Assembly (NCBI GenBank): GCA_013239625.1
Contig: MU054129.1
Span: 251,238 to 315,237, forward strand
Reading direction: 5' to 3'
DNA from: Lama guanicoe
Lineage: Eukaryota
DNA: 64,000 nt
Every line of letters begins with the position of its first letter. Within the stretch, counting starts at the first letter, position 1. Of this stretch, positions 11,130-24,800 are shown in pieces. Both the position numbers and the translations under genes were made by a program. Below the pieces are notes generated by a model. It ran no database searches and was not told where the DNA came from. It saw only the letters and a program-made list of their open reading frames with translations.

Positions 11130-14100
11130 AAGAAAGAAGTTAGAAGGACAAAGATGCTAACTTGGAGGTTCCTGAATTTCCTTCTACCACAGAGGCACTG
11201 AGTCCATGGCTTTTCATGGAGCAGTTGCTTCTGAGAGAAGCCCAGAGCCTGGCTGAGTGATTCCTACACATCGGGTAACAGAAAACACCCCTATCCAAAA
11301 GGGTAGGAAAGGTATATCCCCACCATACAGCCCACCCCCAGCACAGAGCCCTGCAATTGAGGGGACCCCCAACTCCCAGCTTCTCCCTGCGGAGCAAAGG
11401 GTCCAAACTGAACAACTAACACCCCCCACAGCTTTAAGGCTTCCATCCAAGGGACGAGCTCCCGGGTCTCTGAGCTCTGAAAGTCAGCAGGGCCTGTGTC
11501 CACCTGTCCTACAGGAACACAGCCAACAGGGAGCCAGTGGGAGCACCAGCACCTGCTGGGCTACTCCCCGAGGCCCCAGCTCAGAGGTTGCAGTAAGAAA
11601 TACCATCTTCCCGCCTCCACTTGCCTGGAAGGGGTTTGGTTGCAGACTTTGCAAAGGGCTGCCTGGGGCCCAGCATCTAATTAGCACACATCCAGGTGCC
11701 AGCTGTGACCCTCCCCAGAGCCCTGCCTTCTCCCTCTGGTTCACTCCAACAGTAAAACCAAACATCTCCCTGGAAGGAGCTTGTCCACCCATCTAGTGCC
11801 CCAGCTTTTATACCTGCCATTCGAGGGATGGGCCCTCAATCACCCGGGTTTGGTGGCCTGCAGGACTTACACTCCCAAGTCCCACAGGACTGAAACAAAG
11901 ATGCACATTTTAAATGGACACAAGAATACCCCCAGCTACACCCTGCACCTCAGCATGGAATGAGCATGTGAAAACACTCATCTCCCAGTTTCTCCATAGA
12001 AAGGCCTTCATTACATACTTTCTCAGTCCTCTCTGAGGGTCCAACTTCCAATCAACCCACATTTAGGCGCTGACTGAGAGTTTCCCCTTCGGAAAACTGA
12101 TGGGTCTTGGGAGCCACTGAAAACAAAGATAGCAGCTTGGACAATCACAGAGGTTCAAGACAGACAACCAGGAGCTCAGGCTGGGCTGACTGCCAGGGTT
12201 CAACTCCCACATGAGACCACTCCGTCTGGACTGGGAGAGGTGGCGGTTTCAACTGATGTGCAGAAACCAACACAGAGAGTCCAGGAAAATGAGGAAGCAG
12301 GGGAATAGTTTTCAAACAAAAGAACAAGATAAATCTTCAGAAACTTCTCATAGTGAAATAGAAAGAAATGATTTCCCTGGGAGTTCAAAATAACAATCAT
12401 AAAGGTGCTCACTGATTCAGGAGCATGAACAAAGTGAAAACTTCAACAAGAGACAGAAAATATTGAAAAGTACAAAACAGCAATCACAGAACTGTAGACT
12501 AGACTGAACAGAAAGAATGACCAACAAACTTGAAAACAGGGCAGTAGAACTTATTCAAGAAGTAAACAGAAAAGGAAAAGAATGAAGAGTAAAGATATTA
12601 AGGGGATTTTCAGGAACCACCAAGCAGGTGAACATGTACATTATAGAGGTACCAGAGGAGGAGAGAAAGGAAAAGAGACAGAACGCCTATTCAAAGAAAT
12701 AATGGCTGAAAACTTCCCTAAACTGGGGAGAGAAATAGATGTCCTGACCCAGGGAGCCCAGAACTCCGAATAAGCTGCATCTAAAGAATCCCGCACCGAG
12801 GCACATTATAAATCAACAGTTAGAAGTCAAAGACAAGAAGACAGTCTTAAAAGCTGCCAGAGAAAACAACGTATTATAACAAGGGAACCCTCGTAAGAAT
12901 GCCAGTGGATTTTTCAGCAGAAACCTTGTGGTCCAGAAGAGAGCTCTCAGGATGATATATATTAAAAGTGTTGAAAGAAAAAAAAAACCATCAAGCAAGA
13001 ATCCTCTACCTAGCAAAGCTGTCCTTCAGAATTAAAGGAGAGATAAAGAGTTTTACAGACAAACAAAAGCTGAAGGAGTTCATCACCACTAACAATGCCT
13101 CACAAGAGATGCTAATGGTAGTTCTTCAAGAGGAAATGAAATGTTGCAAATTAGTAACAGGAAAGCATATGAAAGCTTAAAACTCACTAGTAAAATTAAA
13201 AATAGAGTTACATTCAGAATACTCTCCTATTGTAATGCTGCTGGTGGTTAAATCACTTATAAATCTAGCGTGAAGGTTAAATAACAAAGCATTGAAGTAA
13301 CTATAATTTGTTGATGAATACACAGGTAAAAATAGATAACTTGTGACATTAAAGGCATAAAATGTGGAGACAGAGTAAAAATGCAGAGATTTAATGTGGT
13401 ACAAAGTTATTATCAGCTTAAAACAGACTGTTATGTTTTCTGTAAGCCTCATGGTAAACACAAAGCAAAAATATACAGTAGATATACAAAAGTAGGAGAG
13501 AAAGAAATCTAAGAATAGCACTACATAAAATCAGCAAATCACTAAGACAGAGAGCAAGAGAGGAAGATAGGGGCAGAGGAATTACAAAACAGCCAAGAAA
13601 TAATGAATAAAATGGCAATAGTAAGGATTTACCTATCAATTGTTACTTCAAGTGTAAATGGACTAGACTAAATTCTCTAATCAAAAGACAGAGAGTAATT
13701 AGATGGATTTAAAAAAAAAAACCTAACTATTTGCTACCTACAAAAGACTCAATAGCTTTAAAGATACATGCAGACTGAAAGTGAAGGGATGGAAAAAGAT
13801 ATTCCATGCAAGTAAAAAGCAAAAGAATGCACAAATAGCTATACTTATATTAGAAAAATAGACTGTAATCAAAATACTGTAATAAGAGACAGAGGTCAGT
13901 ATATAATAATAAAGTGGTCCATTCAACAAGAGGATATAATATTTGTAAATATTTATGTGCTCAACATAGGAGCAGCTAAATATATAAAGCAAATACTAAC
14001 AGTTGTAAAAGAAGAAATATATAGCAATACAAACTTTTTTGTGGGGGCGGAACTTTGATACCCTGCTTTCATCAATGGATCGATCATCCAGACAGAAAAT

Positions 14101-15145
14101 CAATAAGAAAACATTGGCCTTAAATAATGTGTCAGACCAGATGGACGTAACAGACATTTATAGAACATTCCATCCAGTAGCAGCAGAATACACATTCCTG
14201 GCAAGTGTACATAGAACAGTCTCCAGGACAGAGCCTATGTTAGGCACAAAACGGGTCTTAATGAATTTAAGAAGATTGAAATCATATCAAGCATCTTTTT
14301 CTGGCCACAATTGTATGAAACAAGAAATCAATTATAAGAAGAAAACTGGAAAGTTCACAAATATGTGGAGATTAAACAACTTGCTCTTGTTTGACCAACC
14401 CACAGCTAACGTCATAATCTACAGTGAAAATCTGGAAGCTTTCCCTCCAGGATCAGGAACAATCAGGACGTCCACTCTCACTAGTTCTATTTAGCATTGT
14501 GCTGGAAGCCATGGCCAGAGAAATTAGGCAAGAAAAAGAAATAAAAGGCATTCAAACTGGAAAGGAGGAAGTATGATTATCTTTGCTTACAGATGCCATG
14601 TTATTATATATAGAAAATCCTAAATGTTCATCAACAGATGAATGGATAAGGAAAAAATGACACATACATATATATAAACAAAGGAAGAAAATCCTGAAAT
14701 TTGCAGCAATATGGATGAAACTTGAGGGGATTATTTTAAATGCAATAAATTAGAGAAAGACAAATACTTCATAGTATCAAATGGGATTCAAAAAAGCCAA
14801 GCTAATAGAAACAGAGAATAGATTGGTGTTAACCAGGGGTTGGGAGGTCAGCAAAATTAACAGATGTTGATCAAAGGGTACAAACTTCCAATTTCTAAGA
14901 GGAGTATGTTCTGGGGATCTAATGTACAGTGTGGTGACTACAGTTATAATGTTGCATTCTATAACTGAAATTTGCTAAGAGAGAACTTAAGGGTTCTCAT
15001 CAAATAAAAAAAAATGTGAGATGTTGAATGTGTTCATTAACTCAGTAGGAATCCTTTCACAATGACTGTTCATTTCAAATCACAGAACCTTTAAATTTTT
15101 TGCTATTCTATTTGTCAATTTTATGTTTATAAAGCTGAAAGAAAG
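11130..15145 (+). mobile_element. Older L1 (5' UTR, ORF1, endonuclease region, internal deletion, 3' end)
   Basis: ORF1 peptides LFKEIMAENFPKL and RILYLAKLSFRIKGEIKSF; EN-region DRSSRQKINK...DIYRTFHP; jump to RT/3' sequence at ~14390. Confidence 0.88.
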
Positions 15146-15249
15146 AATTTAGCAGTATAATCATGGAGGTGAATTGCAGACCAACCACAGACCTCTGGTT
15201 ACTTTACAAAAAGTGAATAAGAAAAACAAGACCAAAACATTAACTTAGC

Positions 15250-16051
15250 ATTTAAAAACATTTATTTAGGGACAAGAGAACCATGTCAACATAAATATAC
15301 TCTACTGCTACAAATGAACATAACCTCACAAAGAGGAAAAGTTAATAGATGTCATCTTTTTTTAATGAATAGTGGTTGAATTTCTTTGTAATAGCATGTT
15401 ACATATATGTACATGAAACATATGTATGCAAATTTTCAAGGTATAGAAATAATTTTAAGAATTAATATTCTGACTAGTACCTACAACTCTGAGTATTACT
15501 TAATACCCAGTTAGAATTCATTCCCCATTCTTAAGCTTCCCAAATTAAAGTCATCATGTACAAAGTCAAATAAAACGTTAATGGATTTTTGAAAATGAAC
15601 ACAAAAGAAATGTGACCATATAAATTAGAAGACATTAACTATTAAATAGTATATGTAACAAAATTTGTGGAAAGTATTTAAAGATACATAAGGTGACCAT
15701 TTACATATAGAAAAACAAAATCTTTTACATACAGGATAAAAGTTTATGGAATAAACAGAAGGGTTTTTGAACTTGTATTAAACATTGTTTAACTGGATAG
15801 TAAATCCTGTGAGTGTAGAAATAATTTTCTTGTAATTCTCAAAGAAGGAAATAAAATGAACTTTAATTCATGGTAACAGAGTTGGCTGGAAAAATGCCGG
15901 TTTGACCTCAGAGCTTTCCTTCTCACCAATCAAAACATGAGTCTGTTTTCGATATAACTTTGATTCTGTCTCCAGCTTGAAAATTCATCTCCCAGTTGTT
16001 GTCCTTCAAAGAAATACAGTGCTGTCACTTCTGTAGGTTGGTTTGAATTGC
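15250..16051 (-). pseudogene. SH3YL1: Unprocessed SH3YL1 pseudogene fragment: terminal exon (SH3 domain; CDS 16051-15863) plus 3' UTR
   Basis: TTTTAG acceptor at 16052-16057; NSNQPTEVTALYFFEGQQLGD/NFQAGDRIKVISKTDSCFDW*EGKL*GQTGIFPANSVTMN*; 2-nt frameshift near 15986; TGA stops at 15923-15925 and 15908-15910; AATAAA 15261-15266. Confidence 0.9.
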
Positions 16052-18053
16052 CTAAAACAAGAAAGAAGTATTTAAATTATTCACATGTCTATGAGAAAAC
16101 TGAAAGTATGTGTCAGTAAGATATCAATTAACAACTTGGGGCTTGGTATGCTGACGCCTTGGAAGCACGTGGGCTGTGTGATTTCACCTCACATTGTAAC
16201 GAGCAGATGTTTGGTAATAACATTCCCTAAATCCACGCAAGTCAAACTGCATATAATTATGTACTTAAACATGTGTTTAGCAAATATTTGTGGTTATTAT
16301 TGTTTAAATTCTGAATAATATATAAAGTAATATTATTCAGTTTTCCCCATTTTAATCAAATAGTAATGATAATTTCCATAAATTATAGTTATTTGATAAA
16401 AGTGGATGCTTATGCCCCTGACTGTATCATTAAAGAATTAGTGTAAACACCATGCTCTCCAGTCACTGCTTTTGAGGACTCCAGCCCCGGTGCACGTGCC
16501 ATTGCAGCAGCAGCATTTATTTCTCCCAGGCTTTTATGGCTGTTCTCACTGCTGTGCTTACTGGATCCCTTCCCTCAAAACAGAGATGAAATTCAAATTT
16601 GCACATCAAGAAGCACATCTACATATCTTTTCCCGGAAGTGATTATAAAACACCCAAATACAAAACCCTGCAATCCCCGAGCCAATGATTTTCAAACATC
16701 CTTGCTTGCTTAACAGCTAAGATAATTTTTAAACAGCAATATTCACTAGTATATTTTTAATTGATATCTAAAATTGTTGAATATAAGCTTAAGGTATAAT
16801 GTTCAGCATATTTCACTATCAATTACTTAATCATATTTCTCCTTTTCTGACTAAAAGTATCTTAGGTGATAGTGATTTGAATTCACCATCATTCATTAAA
16901 CAAAATCAGTGAGTTTTTTTTAATAGTCAGAGATTACATATTGTTCATTTTTAACCTTCAAACCTTATATTCATTCCATTTGTCCCAAATATTTTTACTC
17001 ATGCATTAATATTATATTTTATGTAACTTTCTACAACAAAAATTTGTGTTTAAATATATTTTTAAATTTTAAGTAACACAATCCTATATTAAATAATTTC
17101 TTAGATTGAGTTTCATTTTGGTACACATTGATCAAAATTGAAATATATTATGAATTTGTTAATTTACTAAACATGAAAGTAAAATTTTATTTGAAATGCA
17201 TCCCAATATATAGGCAAGACTTTTAAGAATTAGTTCACACACAGGATGACTATTTCTTGTTTCTGGAATGACGTAGTTCAACATCAAATTGTATTTCAGT
17301 GTTCCTTTTTAAAGACATAGGTGCTAAGAAAGCTGATTTTTATAAAAACTAGAGAGGGCAAGAAAGAGATATTTTATAGCAAAGTAACAGAATTCTTCTA
17401 TATCCCCTCCAAGATAGAGGTGAAAATATCACATAGTGACCTATCATCAAAAAAACAATAATAAAGTATTATTTATAAAGTAATAAGCTATTACTATTAT
17501 AACTTTTTATTTTGATGATAGCTATGTGATTTTTAAGTTAATTAATATATAATGATAATATTAATTACTACTCATTATAAAGTCAGATAACTATGTCATT
17601 AAATCCCCCTTCAGTTTTGCTAAAAGCAAAAAAAAAAAAAAATGGAAATCACCTAATCTACAAAAGTATTTACTGCTCATCAGACTTACTAACTACACCA
17701 TATCAAAATCCATATTTCAAATTGGATCATTATACTTACATTGTGGGGACAGCGTCCTGCAGATGATGAAGATGATTTGGTGGCGCTTTTATTCGAGTGT
17801 GAAAAAAGCCCCCATGAAAGGCTAGCAGACAAAGGACAGCCTCATGTCAGAGGTCTGCTTTGAGGAGGAACACACGTGGGAAATGGAGATCTGGAAATCC
17901 TGTCTCCCACTTTCCCTGTGCCCACGTGCCCTGCGCAGTCTCTGTGTGCCCCGAGATGTGCTCCAATGTGAAGGCCACTGGCTAAGAAGATTGTGCATAT
18001 GAGAATACACAATTAAGCATTGAGGGGGCAGTGACGGTGGGGGGGGGGGGGGG

Positions 18054-18115
18054 NNNNNNNNNNNNNNNNNNNNNNNNNNNNNNNNNNNNNNNNNNNNNNN
18101 NNNNNNNNNNNNNNN
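18054..18115. other. Assembly gap (N run) flanked by G tracts
   Basis: Run of N. Confidence 0.99.
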
Positions 18116-18720
18116 GGGCGGGGTGGGGCTGCCCCATCGCCCGCCCGAGTGTGCGCGCTGCGGCGGGAAGGGGAGGGCGCGCATGGGCGGACACACAGAC
18201 GGGCGGACGCCGGACCCCGCCCAGAGCGTGTGGAAGCTGGTGGGAGCCTGGCCGTTTTGGGTCAGCTCCCTGAGGAGGAACCGGCCTAGGGTCTGGGCTG
18301 TCGCTTGCCACTGCCTCCAGTATGGCCGCCGGGCAGGTAAGGGGGCGCTGACGGGGGCGCGCAGGTCGGGGAGCCGGCGGGTGAGGCCTGGGCTGCGCGG
18401 CTGGGGAGGCGCTCTGGTGTGTAGGTGAGGCCCGGGAGGGGCGGCCCGTTAGGAGCCTGAGGCGGGGCGGGGCGGGCATCCCTGGTTTATGGTGCTCCCT
18501 CTGCCCACATTAGCAATCACTGAACCCGGCGTCTTCACTGCCGCTCACACACGGATTGGGGAAAGCGGATGCAGCCATGGGAGGTGGGAGGATGCCGGAC
18601 AGATCCTGGAGCACCTCCGGCCGGGCCTCAGACCATGGCCATCCTGCGTAGGTGGACCTGCCTGGCGAGTGGAGGCCTCTTCGGACCCTCCAGGTCGGAA
18701 TAACGGGTGAGACTTGGGCC
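18116..18720 (+). promoter_or_regulatory. CpG island with promoter-like motifs and a candidate first-exon donor
   Basis: Dense CpG; GC boxes GGGGCGGGGCGGG ~18464; YY1-like ATGGCCGCC at 18322; CAG|GTAAGG donor at 18336/18337. Confidence 0.65.
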
Positions 18721-18764
18721 TTTGGGAGCTTGGTTGGCCTGCCTCTGAGATCAAGGCTTTTGGC

Positions 18765-20368
18765 AAGTCTAGTTTTAGTCGTTTGAGAAATCTCCCTACT
18801 GATTTCCACAATGGCTACACCAAACTACATTCCCACCAACAGTATAGGAGAGTTTCTTTTTCTCCACACAACCTGCAGCATTTCTCCTTTGTGGACGTTT
18901 GAATGATGGCGATTCTGACTGGTGTGAGGTGATACCTCATTGTAGTTTTGATTTGCATTTCTCTTTTAATTAGTGATATTGATTAGTTTTTCATGTGCCT
19001 ATTGGCCATTTGTATGTCTTCATTGGGGAAATGCTTGTTTAGGTCTCCTGCCCATTTTTGGTTATAGTTGCTTTTTTTTTTTTGTTATTCCGTTGAGCTG
19101 TTTACATATTCTGGAAATTAACCCTTTGTCAGTTGCATCATTTACAAATATTTTCTTCCATTTCAGAGGTTGTTTTTTGTTTTGCTTATGGTTTCCTTTG
19201 TTGTGCAAAAGCTTGTAAGTTTAGTTAGGTCCCATTTGTTTGTTTTTTGCTTTTATTTCTATTGCTTGGGTAGACTGCCCTAGGACAACATTGCTGAGAT
19301 GTATGTCAGATAATGTTTTCCTATATTGTCTTCTAAGATATTTATAGTGTCTTGTCTTATGTTTAAGTTTTTAAGCCATTTTGAATTTATTTTTGTGTAT
19401 GGGGTGAGGGAGTAGTCTAACTTCACTGATTTATATGCAGCTGTCCAGTTTTCCCTATACCATTTGCTGAAGAGAATGTCTTTACTCCATTATATGTTAT
19501 TGCCTCCTTTGTCAGAGATTAATTGACCAAAAGTGTGTGGGTTTGTTTCTGGGCTCTCTATTCTGTTCTGTTGATCCATACATCTGTTTTTATACCAATA
19601 CTATGGATAACTGTAGCTCTGTAGTACTGTCTGAAGTCTGGGAGGGTTATTCCTCCAGTTTCGGTCTTCTAAAGTAATGCTTTGGTAATTTTGGGTCTTT
19701 TGTGATTCCATATAAATTTTAGGTTGATTTGTTGTAGTTTTGTGAAAACTGTGATATGATAGGGTTCGCATTAAATCTGTAGATTGCTTTGAACAGTATG
19801 GCCATTTTAACAATATTAATTATTCCAATGCAAGAACATGGGAAATCTTTCCATTTCTTTAAGTCCTCTTTAATTTCCTTAGTCAGTGTTTTGTAGGTCT
19901 TCGCGTATAAGTCTTTAACTTCCTGGGTCAGATTTATTCCTAAGTATTTTATTTTTTTGGATTCAGTTTTAAAAGGGATTATTACTTTCTTGTAAAGAAA
20001 TGCCGCTGATGTCTGTATGTTGCTGTTGTATCCTGCTGCCTTGCTGATTTCTTTTATTAGCTCTTACAGGTTTTGTGTGGAGCCTTTAGGGTTTTCTATA
20101 TATAGCATCATGTCATCCACATATAATGACAATTTTACATCTTCTCTTCCAATTTGGATCCCTTTTATTTCTTTTTGATGTCTAATTGCTGTGCCCAGGA
20201 CTTCCAATACTATATTGAATAGAAGGTATGAGAGTGGGTATCCTTGTCTTGTTCCAGATTGTAGCAGAAAGGCTTTCAGCTCTCTTGGTAGGGTATTATG
20301 GTGACTGTAGGTTTGTCATAGGTTTTATTATGCTGAGACATGTTCCCTCTATACCCACTTTAGTAAGA
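18765..20368 (-). mobile_element. L1 ORF2 3' fragment, truncated at both ends
   Basis: Continuous antisense L1 ORF2 sequence. Confidence 0.9.
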
Positions 20369-20369
20369 C

Positions 20370-21735
20370 CATGGGCACAGTGTGGCCAGGGGGCTGGGAA
20401 GATGGCAGAGGCGGTAGCCTTGAGGTGGTGGTGAGGGGAGAGGGGCTGCCCCTTGGGAGCCAGTCACTTGCTCCCATCTCCCCCGCTGCCTGGCCTGGGG
20501 GTGGCCTGTGCTGCCTCACGTTTGTCTTTAGGTCAGACTGTGCACTAGAGGCCTGTGCGATCCAGTCAGAGAGCAGCAGAGACGATGGCAGGTGTGACAG
20601 CTGTGGAGGCGGGATAAGGGGAGCTGCCTGTGAGAGCTGGTGGGTTTCTTCCCATCTTCCCCGCGGTGGCCTGGGGGCAGCCTCTGCTGTGCAGGTTCGC
20701 TGGAGGCACATCCCCAGGTGGGCCAGTTCCTGGGGAGCCCTGCTCACAGTGCGGTCAGGGGGCTGAGGCGGCTGTGTTGGGAGGGGGCTTCCTGGTGTGA
20801 GCCCCTGGATTTGTTTCCATCTCCCCTGAGGCCTGGCTTGAAGGAACATCTGCTTCCCCAGGTTCCCCATATGCATGTCTCCTAGTTAGCTTGCTCCCAG
20901 GAGGCCTGCACAGTGAGGTCAGGTTGTGAGGGCAGCAATGGAGGCATGTGTAGGGGGCCTCCCCTGGATGCACTGCCCTGGTCATCTTGCTGCCATCTGC
21001 CCTGCAGCCTGGACTAGGGTGGCCTCTACTGCCCCAGGTTGGTGGGATAAAGGTTACAGGTCAGCCTGCTGCTGGGAGGAAGGCGCGGTGCAGTCAGTGT
21101 GGGGAGGGCAGCAGCAGTGACAGCGAGAAATGGGAACAAAGCCCCTGCTCGCATGGGCAGCCCCAATCCCACCTTTACCACTGCTGCCACCCTCAGAACA
21201 TACCAAGCCTACCTCCCAGGAGCAGGCAGATCAAGAGACGTGCATCCTGGGAAGCTGGGGCAGCAGAGGCAGCCCCCAGACTCGACGTGGGGAAGATTGA
21301 AGCACATCCACAGGTTCACACAGGGCAGCTCCCCTAACCCACCACCACTGCCCACTGACCACACCCCGCCTGCCTCAGGGAGCAGGCTGACATGAGGAGG
21401 TGCCTCCAGCAAAGCTGGGGCAGCAAAGGCCGCCCCCAATCCATATTGCAGAGGAGATGGGTGCAAATATACCAGCTTTTCAGGGGAAGCTCCCCTCTCC
21501 CCACCACTGCCCCAGGTTCCTGGGACACTTGTTTCCAGGTGAGTTGGCTCCTAGGAGGTGGGCACGGTGCTGTCAGGGGGCAGTGGTGGCCAGGTGAGGG
21601 GGGCTGCCCCAGGGGAGCAGGTGGACTTGCCCCCATCTCCCTGTGGCCTGTCCTGGGGGCAGCCCCTGCTGCCCCAGGTTCACTGGAAATGTGTATTCAT
21701 GTCAGCCTGTTCATGGGAGGAGGACTCAGTGCTCT
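20370..21735. repeat. Degenerate GC-rich tandem repeat (~160-175 bp unit) with an inverted internal block
   Basis: Core GGGGCAGCCTCTGCTGCCCCAGGTT recurs at ~20497, 20673, 20840, 21016, 21508, 21660; reverse complement at ~21255 and 21415. Confidence 0.75.
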
Positions 21736-21824
21736 CCGTGCCATGAACAAGGACTTGTGAAGGACTGGGTTCTGGCCCAAGATTAATAACTCCTCTTTTA
21801 TGTCAGGTGGTGGCTGTAGCAGTT

Positions 21825-24800
21825 TTTCCATTAATAGGTTATTACAATATATTGAGCATAGGTCTCTGTGCTATACAGAAGAAACATTCTTTAAAAATCT
21901 ATCTGTATATATAGTGACTAACATTTGTAAATCTCAAACACCCAAATTTATCTTTCCCCACCCCCTTTCCCTGGTAACCCTAAGATTGCTTACTAAGTCT
22001 GTGAGTCTGTTTCTGTTTTGTAGATGAGTTCATAGTGTCCTTTCTTTTTTTAAGATTCCACATATGAGTGATATGTGGTAATTTTCTTTCTTTTCCTGGC
22101 TTACTTCACCTAGAATGATGATCTCTAGGTCCTTCTATGTTGCTGCAAATGACATTATTTTATTCTTTTTTCATGGCAGAGTAGTATTCCATTGTATAAA
22201 TATACCAAAATTTCTTTATCCAGTGAAATGTTATTACATCTAGGTTGCTCCCAGGTCTTGGCTATTGTATATAGTGGTGCTGTAAACATTGGGGTTCAGA
22301 TATCTTTCCACATTAGAGTTCCCTCCAGATATATACCCAGAAGTGGGATTGCTGGATCATAGGGTAAGTCTATTTTTAGTTTTTTTAGGAATTTCCACAC
22401 TGTTTTCAATAATGACTACACCAAACTTCATTCCTACCAGCAGTGTAGGAGTGTTCCATTTTCTCCATGCCCTCTCCAGCATTTTTCATTCACGGACTTT
22501 TGAATGATGGCCATTCTGACTGGTGTAAAGTGATATGTCATTGTAGTTTTCATTTTCATTTCTCTTAAAATTAGTGAAGTTTAGCATTTTTTCTTATGCC
22601 TATTGGCCATTTGTATGTCTTCACTGGAGAATTGGTTGTTTAGGTGCCCTGCCCATTTTTGGATTGTGATGTTTTGTTGTTGTTGTTGTTATTAAATTAT
22701 ATGTGCTGTTTATATATTCTAGAAATTAAGCCTTTGTCAGTCGCATCATTTGCAAATATTTTCTCACATTCTGTAGGTTGTCGTTACATTTTGCTTATGA
22801 TTTCCTTTGCTGTGCAAATGCATATGAGTTTAATTAGATCCCATTGGTTTATTTTTGCTCTTATTTCCATTGCCTGGGTAGACTGCCCTAAGAAAACATT
22901 GCTAAGATTTATGTCAGAGGATCTTTTACCTATATTTTCTTCTAGGAGATTTATCATGTCTTGTCTTATATTTAAGTCTTTAAGCCATTTGGAGTTTATT
23001 TTTGTATATGGGGTGAAGGGAGTGTTCTATCTTCATTGATTTACATGCTGCTGTCCAGTTAACCAACACCACTTGCTGAAGAGACTGTCTTTTCTCTATT
23101 GTATATTCTTGTCTCCTTTGTCAAACATTAATTGACCATAGGTCTGTGGATTTACTTCTGGGCCGTCTATTCTGTTCCATTGATCCATATGTCCGTTTTT
23201 ATGCCAATATCATGCTATTTTGATGCCTGTAGCTGTGTAATATTGTCTGGTCTGGGAGGTTTATTCCTCCAGCTTCATTCTTTTTCAATATTATTTTGGC
23301 AATTCTGAGCCTTTTGTGATTCCATATAAATATACACATATACACATATACACACAGAGCTTGCACCTGTGCAGTCCCTCAGAGGTAAAGCTACCCATGG
23401 GAGGGGAGGAGTGGTGGGAGAGGTGTGACCGAGGGAGGCTGCCCTGAGCTAAAGAACCAGGTGCTGGCAGTGGGAAGAAATTACAAAAGAGACTGGGAGC
23501 CATCTTAAAGATCAGAAGTCAAGAGCAGGGGAAAGATCTGGAAACCAACTGACCAAGGGCTGTTATGTCATGTGGCTATGAGCAATGATGTCTCATCCCT
23601 CCTCACGGTTCCCTTCTGAGGTGCCTGGGGCTGGGACCCTCCCCTGCCAGCCCTGGCGGCCACTCCAAGCCCCTCAGAGGGAGGCAATGGCTTTGGCAGC
23701 CACCTGATGGCCCAGGGGCAGGCTGAGGTCTGTGACAGCCAGAACCACCTTGGGGCTGGGCATGGCCGACACCTGCACCAGTGCTGATGTGGTGGTGAAG
23801 GGCATGCACTGCAGGATGCTGCCCCAGCTGCCCTGCTCCAGGCAGTCCACGCCCTCCTCCATGAACCACTGCACAGACTGCGTGTGCGGGCCGCGACCCC
23901 AGGATGGAGGAGATGACCAGGAACAGGTTGGCCAGCACTCGGTTCAGCGGGTCTCATGTTAACTTTGTGGAGCTGGGAGGCCGACAGGGAGCTAGCTGCT
24001 CATGGATCAGTCAGTGAGATTCAAGAGGATACTTGCAGCTTCCTCACTGGAGCTCAGCCGTCTCATTGGCTTCGAGGGCTGCATGTCATCCAAGGGGAAG
24101 AGGCTGATGTAATCCTCGATGTCTTTCGGCAGAAGGACACCTGGCCCTTGTGGGAGGAGTTGGAATTCAGGGCACACCAGATGGCCAGCTTGGCGACAGA
24201 GGTGCTGGGGGGCCCATGAGGCTGTGCCACTTGGAGGAGTCGGTGAATAGGCCAGGCAGGCTGTGGCCCAGCAGGACCAGGGTCACCTGCTGCGTGTCCA
24301 GACAGAAGATGGAGTAGAGCAGCTCCACTGCCTGCAGCGGGTGCACCTTCTGCATCTGCTTCAGTAGTTCCCTAATCAGGTTGTTGCAGAACCAGTAGAT
24401 GCCTCCCATGTGCAGCAGGGTGTCAAAGATGTGGCTGGAGCGGCTGTCCACCCATCCGCTCTCCAGCACCTTGGCAATTATGTCCATCAGCACCTTCTTG
24501 ATGTGTCGCTTTGGGGGCAGCAGGTTCCAGTAGGGCATGGTGTCCATGCCTGTGGATGGGAACTTGATCTGCGTGGCTGTCTTCTGCAGCACGTCAGCAC
24601 ACATGTGCTCCAGGATGGAGCTCATGATCATCACCCTCTCACTGTAGAACTGTAGGGTGTTCTCACTGTACAGCGGCCCTGCCAGCTGGCGGATCATCTG
24701 CAGTGGCTTCTCACGTTCATCCAGCCCCAGCATCTGCACATGGGCCACCAGCCAAGCCACGGCACACACTGCCAGCCTGCAAACTTTCCCCTTGATATTA

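Noticed and set aside
20755..20985. HPGEAPYTCLHC / SKLTR peptide resembling a C2H2 zinc-finger linker
   Set aside because: It lies within the GC-rich tandem repeat and lacks proper C2H2 spacing; chance match.
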